From assembly GCA_010909165.1 (NCBI GenBank), contig VJWM01000253.1:62001-126000 (forward strand): a stretch of 64,000 nt of DNA, read 5' to 3'. Below the pieces are notes generated by a model. The model made no database searches and had not been told where the DNA came from. It saw only the letters and a program-made list of their open reading frames with translations. This DNA comes from Anthoceros angustus. Lineage: Eukaryota; Plantae; Anthocerotophyta. Position numbers and translations under genes: made by a program. Below are positions 13,370-24,303 of this stretch, piece after piece; positions within the stretch are counted from its first letter, which is position 1; the number at the start of each line of letters is the position of its first letter.

Positions 13370-15584
13370 TTGGCGAGATTTTGTATTACGCGATAGTCGC
13401 ATGATGTCTGCTCCCTTACTCGGGGCTACGGCGTGGTTGGACCCTCTGATGATCTGCCACCAACCTTTCGGTTGCCCTCGCGCAAATGCGGGGTCGCTTG
13501 ACCCGTTTTCCTCTGGGATATCCTTTTGCCTTCCTAACAATATTCCACAGCTCTAGTTCCAAGATCTTCAGAAGTTTTCCTCGCATGTTCCTCTTCAATC
13601 GGTCTTAGCCAAAAAAAATCAAACTTGTTCGTCCTCTGGCCAGTTTGGGCTGGTTGCCCAAACTTTTACGTTCCACACAATGGCTTCAAATGACCAAGGA
13701 CCTGAAATAGTTTGCCTGATGCATTGTTGAACATGAACCACAGTGGCTTCAGTTTGATTCCAAAAAACACTAATGAGCGGATTGCAGAGCCACCGGATGG
13801 TGTAATGCACCCTATCCTTCATAGGCAAAAAGCTGGGGGAGTCCCGGTAGATGAATCCTGCACATCAGCACCAACACCGTGTAAGGAATGGTTAGTCCTA
13901 AATTGACTGAAACACAAACATATACTATCGAGGCCTGAATGGCCTGGAAATACATAGCTTAGAGGGCTGGGAAATACAGGCTTGAATGGCATGAAAACAA
14001 TGGCATCTGAAAATCCAGGCTTGAAATGACTGATAATTTCGGGCCTGACCGACACAATCGATGTAAGTTAACTTGAAAGCAAAAGCTCACTACAGCAAAA
14101 CTCACCTCCTGGATGGAGATGTTCGGGGAGCACCGCGTGTTCCACATCGGTCTTCCTTTTCCGCTTAAGACCCCTTGGGCCCTTCTTGTCGATGACACGG
14201 CACTCTTCTGGTATACACGGTTCACAGTCCTCATTCACTGCAGCTGTAGGAACATGTTCACAGTCATGAACACCATCTTGAATGGCACAATTTGCAGCCC
14301 GCGCTGCATTAGGTGCCACAAAAACAAAGGGGTTAGCACTTGGCGCATCCGGCTGTTGCTTCTCCTCAACATTTGCCTCAATTTGCTCATATTCCTGTTC
14401 ACAACGCTCCAAACGTGAAGTTGCAGGCTCAAGGTCTGCAAGCACTTGAGGCAGGGGTGTCCGATTGGCCAGAGTTGGGATTGACCTCACATGATCATCA
14501 TCGTCCTGCAGGTTGGGCACATTCTTCACGTGCTGGACAAATGAAGACCACGCAGATGTCCTCGCCGACTGCAGCTATCGTGAAGTCATCGTGCAACCCA
14601 TTAGGGTTAGAAACTGCTTTACGGCGCTGATCTCCCCTTGACCGGAGCATCATGGTTAGCCGCCAAAGTCACCTCGCCATATCCCGTCAGTTCTGCAGCA
14701 TCTGTTGAGTCCAATCCATTTGCCACCTTGTTGCTCACATCCGCCGCGCAAAACCCTAGGCCAGAACCTCCCACTGATCGTCCGTAACGACCGATGCTTC
14801 GGGCCATGGTGTTGACCTTTACCTTCACACGCCGTTGCCCTTCCTCGTCGATTTCGCTATCGGATGACATCGGGCGACCCACGGCGGATTCCTTATCCGC
14901 ACACAGGACCTTCTCCTCAAATGTTGGTCGCCTTTCCATACCTTCTGTCCCCAAGGGCATCACGGCTACTGTTGCGGGAGCCGTGAGGCTCATCCCCTTC
15001 GCATCCTCGTCATCTGAGGATCCATCCAAGTAAGTTCCGCATTGCTCCTTGTGGAAGCGGGCCTCCGGATCCCCGTCAGAGTCCTCACACTCGGTGGCCT
15101 CTAATGCCCTAACGCTGGCGGCACGCGTCTTGGGGCCTGTGGCACGGTTGGGCAAAGATTTGCCCTGCGATTGCCGCCCAGCGCCATCCTGACCAGACCA
15201 TCCCGGCAACACCTTACCTCTGCCCCGCCTACCCCGTTTGCACCGTCCGCCCCGTCCTTGTGAGTGGTCCTGGCGGCCAAGAACTGCGTGCTCCGATTGT
15301 GCACCCTTCTCATCCTCAGGCCTTGTACAGGCGTCTGCCTTCAGTGCCTGTGTGCGAGACTTCCTCACCCGCGTCCACTTACCTCTAATGGCTTGAGCGC
15401 CTGGCCCCAAAATCGCCGTGGCCACCTCCGTATTCTTGTTCTTCACAGACAGCGTTGGGTGTGATGCAATTCTTCCTAGAACAGCGGCATTGCACACATC
15501 TCCATAAAACCGCTGGTTGCAATCACTGGTCTCCATATCCTTCTCGGCATGGAGCTCCACCTTGAGATTTTGGCATCTACACAA
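13370..15584 (-). pseudogene. Putative TnpA/Ptta-like second CACTA gene, spliced and disrupted
   Basis: Low-complexity acidic ORFs 14619-15584 and 14068-14529. A GT donor near 14104 and AG acceptor near 13850 lead into GFIYRDSPSFLPMKDRVHYTIRWLCNPLISVFW...VKVW, then frameshifted ...PKGWWQIIRGSN...ADIMRLSR. This weakly resembles the TnpA C-terminus. Confidence 0.4.
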
Positions 15585-15769
15585 CCTCCCATTCTTGCGA
15601 AAACAAGAGCATGCACACGACCCAAATGGCCTTGATTGTTGTTCTTGCCCTATGCAAACACGGACTTACCCTTACGATCGATTATTTCTCTCCGCTTGAG
15701 GTGTTCTTCCTGCAGATTGGACTTAGGTGGATTATAGCGGACAAGGATTGCGCGTTACTACGAGACGAA

Positions 15770-15882
15770 GGGTTTAGGGTTCACTTGAACAGCGTGGCTC
15801 ACTTGACCGCTGTGTGAAACGGCCAACGGAAATGACTTATAGTCAGGACTTCCCGCCAATTGGCTGAGCGGGAATTTCGCGG
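15770..15882. promoter_or_regulatory. Telo-box plus inverted E2F-like sites upstream of the TnpA-like gene
   Basis: GGGTTTAGGGTT at 15770-15781, TTCCCGCC at 15850-15857, GCGGGAAT at about 15868, TTTCGCGG at 15875-15882. Confidence 0.35.
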
Positions 15883-16930
15883 CACTCGCCAGTGAGTGTT
15901 TTTTGAATGTTGTTTTTGCTCTGGTTGGAATGGAGCGGGAACTCTGGATTTGGATTGGTGAATTAGCACATTACCATGGCATTTATAGCCTTCTTCGTCA
16001 TTGGATATCGGTGATAATAGGGTTTTACCCGAACCCTAGACCCCAAAGGCCAAGGTTTCTTTAATCAAACCACAATCAAACCACGGTTAATTTAACCTAA
16101 CCCTTATCCGAGGCAAATGTTGACCACTCAAGTGCGCGCTTTGCGTTCTAACTGCGTGATCATCGGGCATGTACTTTTGTCCGCGTGCTTTTCCGAAATG
16201 TGGGTGTCTGGCCCGAACCAATGTAGTGGCGGCGTGGCGGCATTGGTGGCAGTTGGGCATAAAAGAGAGCTTGTGCGGATCGCGAGTTTGGAACTTGCAT
16301 CCACAGCCTTGTGTCTGCCTCTTGGCACGCCAGGAATTCGGCATCTGCTGCTGTCACGGACCACGAGGCATGTTTATGCCTCCCCTTCTTTACAATTATT
16401 ATTGGCCCATTTGGTGCCCCTTCGAGTACAGATTCTTCGATGTAATACGGAGGAGGTGATCGATAATGTGGATGGTTGGGCGGCAGTGCACGAGGCTCCG
16501 GGTGACGTGGGAGCAAGCTTGGGCGGATCGGAGGCTTCTGGCGCGACCACACATGACCAGCGAGGCCGGTGATGGCGCTCAAACTTAGGCGGGCGGTGGA
16601 TTTCAGAGGAGGCTCATGGAGATGGGCGTTGCTTGATGGAGATTATTGCCCTTCGGAGGGTCCCTGCCTTGACTTGATTGTGTCTTCAAGGCGGATTGCA
16701 GTACAGTTTAGAAGTGTTGTATAGATGCAGGCGGAGACATTTAGCGTACCGGCATTTTTCAGCCCGACTCTGCCTATCCCATTCCCCTTTTGATCGCCCC
16801 TTTTGGGCACTCACCTTCATAGTCATGTAATGGAGTGGTTTTTAGTTTTTGTAATCATTCTCGGCTATTAAAGAGTGGTAGAACTTCACTACAACCACAT
16901 GTACTTTTTGTACTTACAGTGAAATCGTAT

Positions 16931-17001
16931 GCTGGATTGGTGTGGTTGATAAGATCGTGCACTGCAAATGCGTGTTCGAGGGTTCGAATCCATGTTTTGT
17001 C
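16931..17001 (+). pseudogene. tRNA-Cys(GCA)-like relic or SINE head
   Basis: Anticodon arm gtgca-CTGCAAA-tgcgt, T-loop GGGTTCGAATCC and an A-box-like segment at tRNA spacing. Acceptor and T stems are broken. Confidence 0.5.
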
Positions 17002-17218
17002 TCGGATCCCGGCACAAAGCGCCTATACAAGCTCGTTCGTCCTGAACTGTCTATAAATGTGAGGGGACGTCATAAATTGCCTATAGATGATCATGACAAA
17101 AGGCTTCAACTGATCTCGAGTTTTTTTCCCACATAGTCTATATATGTGAGGCCCCACGAGTCTTTCATGATAAGTATTTTTCTAAGGGTTTAGTGGTTTA
17201 CTGCCATATTGCTAGCAA

Positions 17219-20200
17219 ATGGATAGGGGGAAGAGGCCTCTCGTAGAGTACCCTTGGGTATGGTGTAAGTGCACTAAGTGCATGTTAAAGGAAGAACATA
17301 GGCTCAATGTAGCATGGGAACATGAAGCACTATGGGGCTTGTATAGAGATAGTAGTACCGGCATTGAGGGTAATGGTTTTGCCCCGGAGAATGGGGCTAT
17401 TGGAAATGATCCAGGTGGTAATGTTGAGGTCCTGTTGATGGATGTTGACAATACTGTTGTTCCAAATGAGGAGCGGAGTCCCATTGAGGAGGATACAATG
17501 GAGATTGTAGAGGCTTTTGGGGGGGTTTCTAGAATCGCTGAAATGACAGCAGAAGAGGTAAATGCACTACCTGGAGAGGTGAAAGCGATGCATACGGCTG
17601 CAACCACACCATTATGGGATGGAGCTAAAATTTCATTGCTATCGTTTATAATGCAATTGCTCAATTGGCAAATGAGGGGACGCATTTCCAACACCAGCTT
17701 TGATGCCTTATTAAAACTCCTTTCAAAAGAGTGTCTGCCGATAGGGAACAAGGTACCTCATAACAAGGAAGAGTTGAGATTATTGTTAAAGCATTTTGGG
17801 TTTACCTTTAATAAGATTCATGCATGCCCTGATGATTGCATGTTATTCATGGGTGATTATGAGGATAAGAAGATTAAACAATGTGTATTTTGTAAGAAGA
17901 GTAGATATCGGTCTGATGCTAAAGGAGACTCCGTCCCAGTTAAGGTTTTAAGGTATTTTCCACTGAAGCCCCGAATTCAACAAATGTTTAGGTGCAAGGA
18001 ATTGGCAACGCTAATGCGATGGCATACAAAAAATGTGTCACAGGATGGGGTGATGCGTGTTCCTTCCGATAGCAAGGCATGGAAACATGTGGATTGTATA
18101 TACCCTGGGTTTGCACAGGAGCCACGCAACTTACGACTCGGGCTGGCAACAGATGGTATAAACCCTTTTGGTCATCAAAGCAGCAAGTATTCTATTTGGC
18201 CGGTCCTATTAGTAAATTATAATTTACCGCCCTGGTTGAGTATTCAAAATGGTCACATATTGTTATCGATGTTAATACCAGGCCCAAGACAAGTAAGAAA
18301 TGCAGATGTGTATTTCCAACCATTGATGGATGAATTGAATTTATTATGGGAAGAGGGTGTCCAAGTAGTTGATGCATCTATGCAGATTGGAGATCCAGGA
18401 CAATCATTTGTGGCAAAGGCTATTTTACTATGGACCATGCATGATTATCCAGGGTATTCATTTACTTCTAAGCTTCAAACAAAGGGATATCGTGCTTGCC
18501 CTCCTTGTTGGACAAACTTGCAGGCTAGGAATTCCAAGGATTTAAATAAAATGATTTATGATGGGAATTTTAGACTACATCTCCCTGATGATCATCCTTT
18601 CCGTGTTGAGGAAAAGGATATGTTTAATGGCAAAGCAGAGAGGCGTGTTTGGACCCCAGCACTAGAACCAACCCCTACCATGATCAAGCATGAGAGTACT
18701 TTAAGAAAAATTCACCATCCAGGGCCTCGAGGAGTGACTAGTGATATCCCCTCAATTTTTTGGGAGCTTCCATATTGGGAGGTAGGTTTTTTATATGGTT
18801 TTTTGCTCAGGTTTTTTTTTTTGCTTAATGTTTTTGTTCCAACCCTAAATTTTTTTCCATGTTCCCAGCATTTGTTGATTCGTCACTTGACGGACCCTAT
18901 GCACATTGGGAAGAACGTAAGCGAACAAATCTTGAAACATGTGACGGGCATTTGCGAATCCCTTGGTAGCCGTCGAGATCTGGAAGTTAGTAATACAAAA
19001 AATCCTCGCTGGTGGCCTCAAGAAGACTCAGATGGCACAGTGTGGTACGAATCTCCTGCACCTTGGGTTTTAGGGTACAATACAAATAAAAGTTTCAAAC
19101 AAGCGGAGGCAGAGTTGAGAGACCGAATTGCAACCTTATAACCCCCTACAAGATATGGATCAAACTTGAAGCGGTGCTTCTCTAAAGATTATGGGGATAG
19201 TATATCGGGGTTAAAGTCACATGATCATCATCTACTTTTAAGTGATTTATGGCCATTAGTATTAAAAGGTTTAATATCTAAAAGCGTTCATGAGGCTGTT
19301 TGTGGTCGTGGGACTTTGTTCAGGTGGATATGTTCTAAAGAAATCAAGATATCGGAGATCCCAGAAATGAAGGTGTTTGGAGCTGAAGTAATGTGTGTAC
19401 TAGAGCGAGAGTTCCCCACTTCATTTTTTTCAAGCCAGGTCCATGCTGTGATACACTTGGTTCACGAGATAGAATTATGTGGGCCTACAAGATATCGATG
19501 GATGTATTTTCTTGAAAGGCATATGAAAGTTTTGAAGGGGTTTGTACGACAGAGGGCTAAAGCGGAAGGTAGCATGGCAAGGGGATATCTCGCACAAGAG
19601 TCTATGTATTATTGTGCAGAATATATAGGCCAACAATGTGATGATGGGCCACGCTGTATGTGGACTGCAGCAGGTATTGAAGAACAATGTGGACAGGTGT
19701 TACAAGGAAAAGGCGAGCAATATACCCTGTCAGAGGTAGAACGGAAACAAATTACGACAGCAATGCTAGAAAATTCTGTTTTCACGGAAAAGTGGAGACT
19801 AGTATATGATGGAGTTCATACCAACATGTCTTTTGTGGATTGGCTACAAAATGAAGTAAAGGGGGCTATTTCATCAGACACTGTTTTGAATGAATATGGG
19901 CTGGACATATATGGACTAGTGAATGGCCCCGTAGCTGTAGCCAAATCATATTCAATGATGTGGGCGTATGGGAATCACATAAGGACGGAATCTTCTGATG
20001 TAGGAAACTTACAACTGATTGTATAATACAACAAAATTTCCTTAGTGGTCAAACATGCATAGATGTTGAAGATCAGATGCCATATGTGGGAACAGTGCAG
20101 AAAATTTTAAAGGTTGACTTTGGGTTGTCATCAACAGCTAATTTTTTAAAGGTTAAGTGGTTCAAACCAGTTTATGAGGATGCAAATGATCACAGCAAGG

Positions 20201-20394
20201 GATTGAAGAAGGACATTTCTGGAATGCACATAGTGAACCCTAGATCTTATTATCCTTCTACCAGAGTTCAAGATGATCCCTTTACCCTTGTGTCACCCAA
20301 ACTAATTCAAACTTTTTTGTATGACAATAAAGTGGTTGTCGGGACCACTGCACGTGGAAAACGCGTTGTCTTTGAGGAAAATATGGATGTATAG
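17219..20394 (+). pseudogene. CACTA TNP2/TnpD transposase (Transposase_21 + DUF4218 + DUF4216), disabled
   Basis: Motifs HACPDDCMLF...CVFCKKSRY, EPRNLRLGLATDGINPFG, YNLPPW, FFSSQVHAVIHL, RWMYFLERHMKVLKGFVRQRAKAEGSM and FLKVKWF. Intron 18782-18868, in-frame TAA at 19139-19141, frameshift near 20005. Confidence 0.92.
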
Positions 20395-20539
20395 GGATGT
20401 GGATGCATATGGAGGATTTTTCAGCATGTCCCCGGCCGATTGTTCTCGTTTAGGGTCGGCCAAGCCCAAGCCGTAACTGATGTACACCCCGGTTACCTCT
20501 ACTTTTTTTCTTTTTAAGGTAGAAAGATGTGGGTTATCA

Positions 20540-20998
20540 TCAAAACCCATTTTTTGTTAGTGCTGTTGTAAACGACCGGTGTCTAGTCGTAAAGGGACTT
20601 GTTGTAAACCATACAAGTGTGTAGTAAACTATTGGAGGTTGTAAAATATCGATGGCATGTTGTAAAAGAACCCGTTGTAATGGAGAAAGTCCCGTAGTAA
20701 ATTGATGGCCTGTAGTAAACAAACATGCCATCGTTGTAACGTCCATAAACTCTGTTGTAAATAACAAGTGCCCAGTAGTAAAATCCAGTTTGTTTTGCAA
20801 CGTCAGCTATTGCGCATTTGGCAAAACAAGCCCCGTAGTAAAGTTGGAATGAGGTGTAGTAAATTCAGGGCTATACTTGAAAATAATACATGGACTTGAA
20901 ACGGTGCCTTCAATTGACGTAGTAAAATGCCCAGTCGTGGTGAAATGAACCCCTGTTGTAAAACTGCAATTAGTAAAAGTATAGTTTTCCTAGTAGTG
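20540..20998. repeat. CACTA subterminal repeat array and right TIR
   Basis: About 15 copies of GT(T/A)GTAA(A) between 20560 and 20965, ending in TAGTAGTG at 20991-20998. Confidence 0.85.
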
Positions 20999-22530
20999 CA
21001 AACGGCCCAAGGAAGAACTTGCTGGTTTGTAGGCGGACCCCCAGCAATTGTGTCGTAAGGGCGAGCCGGGGCCAGTGAGCTTGAAGTGAAGTTAGGTTAG
21101 GAGGAGGACGATGAGTTGAGTTGAGGAGGATGATGAGCAGAGGATTAGAGTGTAGGAAATAGTGGAAGGCCACAAGCGCAGAGCCTAAGGGACGAATCTT
21201 AAATCTGTACAAGAGGGTGCTCAAATTGTCGGAAGAGTTAGTCTTAGAGGTAAGGACAAAATCGCTGGTCAAAATCCCCTGGTGCCGTGGTGGATTCCTT
21301 TCCACGAGGCATGGCCTCTGATCGTATGGTGTCGTAGGTCGGCAACAGTGAATTTTCGGGCCGGTGCCAGAGTGGTGCGGTATTGTGAGGGGAGTTAAAG
21401 GGTGCTTTGCTTGTTGAGGGGGCTGAGGTTGTGAATGGGTGAAGGCAACGATTGATCTCTCAGAATCCGGCTGTCCACACAAGTCTCATGGGACGAAACC
21501 CAACGTACTGAGCGACAGTGGGATAAAGTGTGGCCACTAGAGGGTGAATCTCGAAAGTCCTGGGGTTTTCCTCCCACACTCAGAGCAATCCTAGACGGCA
21601 GGCATACCCTATCTGACCTGCCCCCTCCGTGTCGGAGATAAGCCGCACTTAGATCTGCAACATTAGGCCTCACATTTGATAAGGTAAAGGATGGTGAGGC
21701 CTCCTCAGCCTTCTTGAACAAACTCTTGAGCTTACATTTCTTCTTGTCAAATTAAAATCGCTGGTAGTCGATCCCTGGTGCCGTGGTGGATTCCTTTCCG
21801 GCTGAGGCATGGCCTCTGATCGTATGGTGTCGTTGGGGTCGGCCAGTGAATTTTGAGCAACAGGTGTGCGGTTGTTGAGGGGAGTTAAAGGGTGCTTTGC
21901 TTGTTGAGGGGGGGTTGTGAATGGGTGAAGGCACGATTGATCTCTCGAATCCGGCTGTCACACAAGTCTCATGGGACGAAACCCAGCGTCTTGGCGACGA
22001 TGGGATAAAGTGTGGCCACTAGAGGGTGAATCTCGAAAGTCCTGGGGTTTTCCTCCCACCGAGCAATCCTAGACGGTGCATACCTTATCTGACCGCCTCC
22101 GTGTTTGAGATAAGCCGCACTTAGATCTGCAACATTAGGCCTCACATGGTTGGATAAGGTAAAGGATGGTGAGGCCTCCTCAACCCTTCTTGAACAAACT
22201 CTTCAGAGCTTACATTTCTTCTTGTCAAGTCCGTACTGCTTTCAACCTTAGTTCACCCATGGGTGACACATGGTGCAAGTCAAATCTTAAATTCAAAATC
22301 TCCTGGCGAAGCTTGGCTATAGTTCGTCTTTGAACACCTAGTTGCACCACAGTACGTGAAAGCGTCACACCGGTGGGATAGCGTGTCCTCCTTCAAAGCC
22401 TCACTGAAATACTCAGCCATTTGGTCAAAATCCCCAGCTAGGGCGATCAGCCCTCTCTCTTCAGATACTCGCTGGCTCTCACTAGGCTCCAGATGGCGGC
22501 TGTGCTTTGTCCTTTATACTTATGTTGACT
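20999..22530 (+). mobile_element. Inverted homologue of the retroelement-like sequence at about 1050-1800; CACTA target
   Basis: The reverse complement shares cgttgggtttcgtcccatgagacttgtg (near 1105) and caagttcttccttggg (near 1780) with the start of the window. Confidence 0.7.
21254..22229. repeat. Tandem duplication of about 490 bp x2, second copy with many 1-3 nt deletions
   Basis: aaaatcgctggt...cttacatttcttcttgtcaa occurs at ~21260-21750 and ~21755-22228. Confidence 0.9.
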
Positions 22531-22839
22531 ACATCTGATAGGCTTTCATTACTCAAGGACAAATCATCTATTCTATTTATTTTCTTGCTTCTCTACAAAA
22601 CATTGTGAAACATTGTCGTCTTCAAAAGGTTGGCCATTAGAAACCACCATCATACATGTCGAATTTTGGAAAATGTAGCTCATCTAGAAACCAAGGCCCA
22701 TGCATCTATACGTGCATCAAACTCGAATGAGCTGAACATTTGGCGCACCAATCGAAAAGATCCAGCTGCAAGTCATCGGTAGGGGCACATATAATAAGGC
22801 TGAAAAGGTTTTACATGTGGTATACAAAGCGAATGTGGG

Positions 22840-23053
22840 AACATAACATCAACCAACAAATGATTTTTAAAAATAATATTCATGACTTTACGCCTAGATA
22901 CCGGGATGATTTACAAATTTTTCAAGCCACTAAAAATCAACACTCCAACATAACATCAACCAACAAATGATTTTTAAAAATAATATTCATGATTTTACGC
23001 CTAGATACCGGGATGATTTACAAATTTTTCAAGCCACTAAAAATCAACACTCC
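22840..23053. repeat. 107-bp tandem repeat x2
   Basis: aacataacatcaaccaac...aatcaacactcc at 22840-22946 and 22947-23053, with one substitution seen. Confidence 0.95.
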
Positions 23054-23092
23054 ATCCCGGTACTGACCCGCCTCTAGGTTGCTTAACAGTGG

Positions 23093-23345
23093 AGTTCTTT
23101 CATAGTTTTCAAAGCACCAAAAACAAGCAAACCATCCTAGTACTAATCCGACCCAAGAGAGCTAAACCAGGGAGTTCTCAAAGCACCAAACCGAGTTCTT
23201 TCATAGTTTTCAAAGCACCAAAAACAAGCAAACCATCCTAGTACTAATCCGACCCAAGAGAGCTAAACCATGGAGTTCTCGAAGCACCAAAAGCAAGCAC
23301 ATCATCCTACTACTGATCCGACCCAAGAATGCTTAACCTTGGAGT
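23093..23345. repeat. Repeat of about 78 bp: two near-exact copies plus one diverged
   Basis: gagttct...aaagcaccaaaaacaagcaaaccatcctagtactaatccgacccaagagagctaaacca. Confidence 0.9.
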
Positions 23346-23660
23346 TCTTAATCCATTGTGTCTATCTACATCCTTACCAAACAGATGTTGTTTTGGTAGA
23401 TACACATAATATATATACATTTGCACCGGACGTCCGGTACGTCCACCATTTCCATCGCGTTGGACGCCCGCAAGATTAGGGTCTCCAGGAAAGGCACCGG
23501 ACGTCGTTGAACAACCATCGCTTGGGTATGATGCTATATGCTATAGCCAGGCTTCTCAGCCCTAGACACGCCCACTAAATGTGTTACGATCACACGAGTG
23601 CAAACACTCACCTAACATGCATATATCTTGACGATGCTCAAAGCATAGTTCAGCAAATAG

Positions 23661-23870
23661 ATGCCCAGCATGTAAAAAACCCCGTCACAACCTCCCTAGA
23701 GCATCCACACATATGCCCAGCATGTAAAAAACCCCGTCACAGCCTCCCCAGAGCATCCACACACATGCCCAGCATGTAAAAAACCCCATCACAGCCTCCC
23801 TAGAGCATCCACACAGATGCCCAGCATATAAAAAACCTATAAAAAACCCCATCACCGCCTCCCCATAGCA
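23661..23870. repeat. 52-bp minisatellite, about 3.5 copies
   Basis: Unit atgcccagcatgtaaaaaaccccgtcacagcctccctagagcatccacacat. Confidence 0.93.
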
Positions 23871-24303
23871 TTAGAAACCAACCAACCAACCAACAAGACT
23901 GGTTGATCACAATGGATCTCTATCAGATTGCGAAACCAACCATCTCAATCTCCCTACTTGCTTACAAACATGTACGAGGCAGGTACTCGCCAGATACAAG
24001 GCTTTGCCAAGTAAACACGTAAGCATTCAGAAAATCAGGATTGGAAACCAAGGCTACAAGCACTAGAACATACTGGAGAAAAACTGAAGCACGCATCTAA
24101 ACAGAGAGTGAAGCTGAATCCAAATAATGGCCTTCAACAGGCTGAACATCTTGTACACCAAGTTGCATTGTTCCAAAATGGGAGTGTTCTAAACAAACGT
24201 GATATTGAATAAATAACTACCTAAGATTAGTGCCCAAGATCTGAAGAACAAAAATTAAAACCGCGAACTGAGCATACAAGTGACGCGGTGCACTTGATAA
24301 ACA

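Larger units (their letters stand above)
13370..20998 (+). mobile_element. CACTA (En/Spm) DNA transposon, left end missing within this window
   Basis: TNP2 transposase at 17219-20394. Right terminus ...ATAGTTTTCCTAGTAGTG ends at 20998 (reverse complement CACTACTAGGAAAAC). Dense subterminal GT(T/A)GTAAA repeats. The left boundary is approximate. Confidence 0.85.

Noticed and set aside
16887-16920. CACTACAACC as the left TIR of the CACTA element
   Set aside because: Only partial match to the right TIR, flank CTT does not match CAA, and no subterminal repeats follow.
16931-17001. Functional tRNA-Cys gene
   Set aside because: Acceptor and T stems do not pair. Kept only as a relic.
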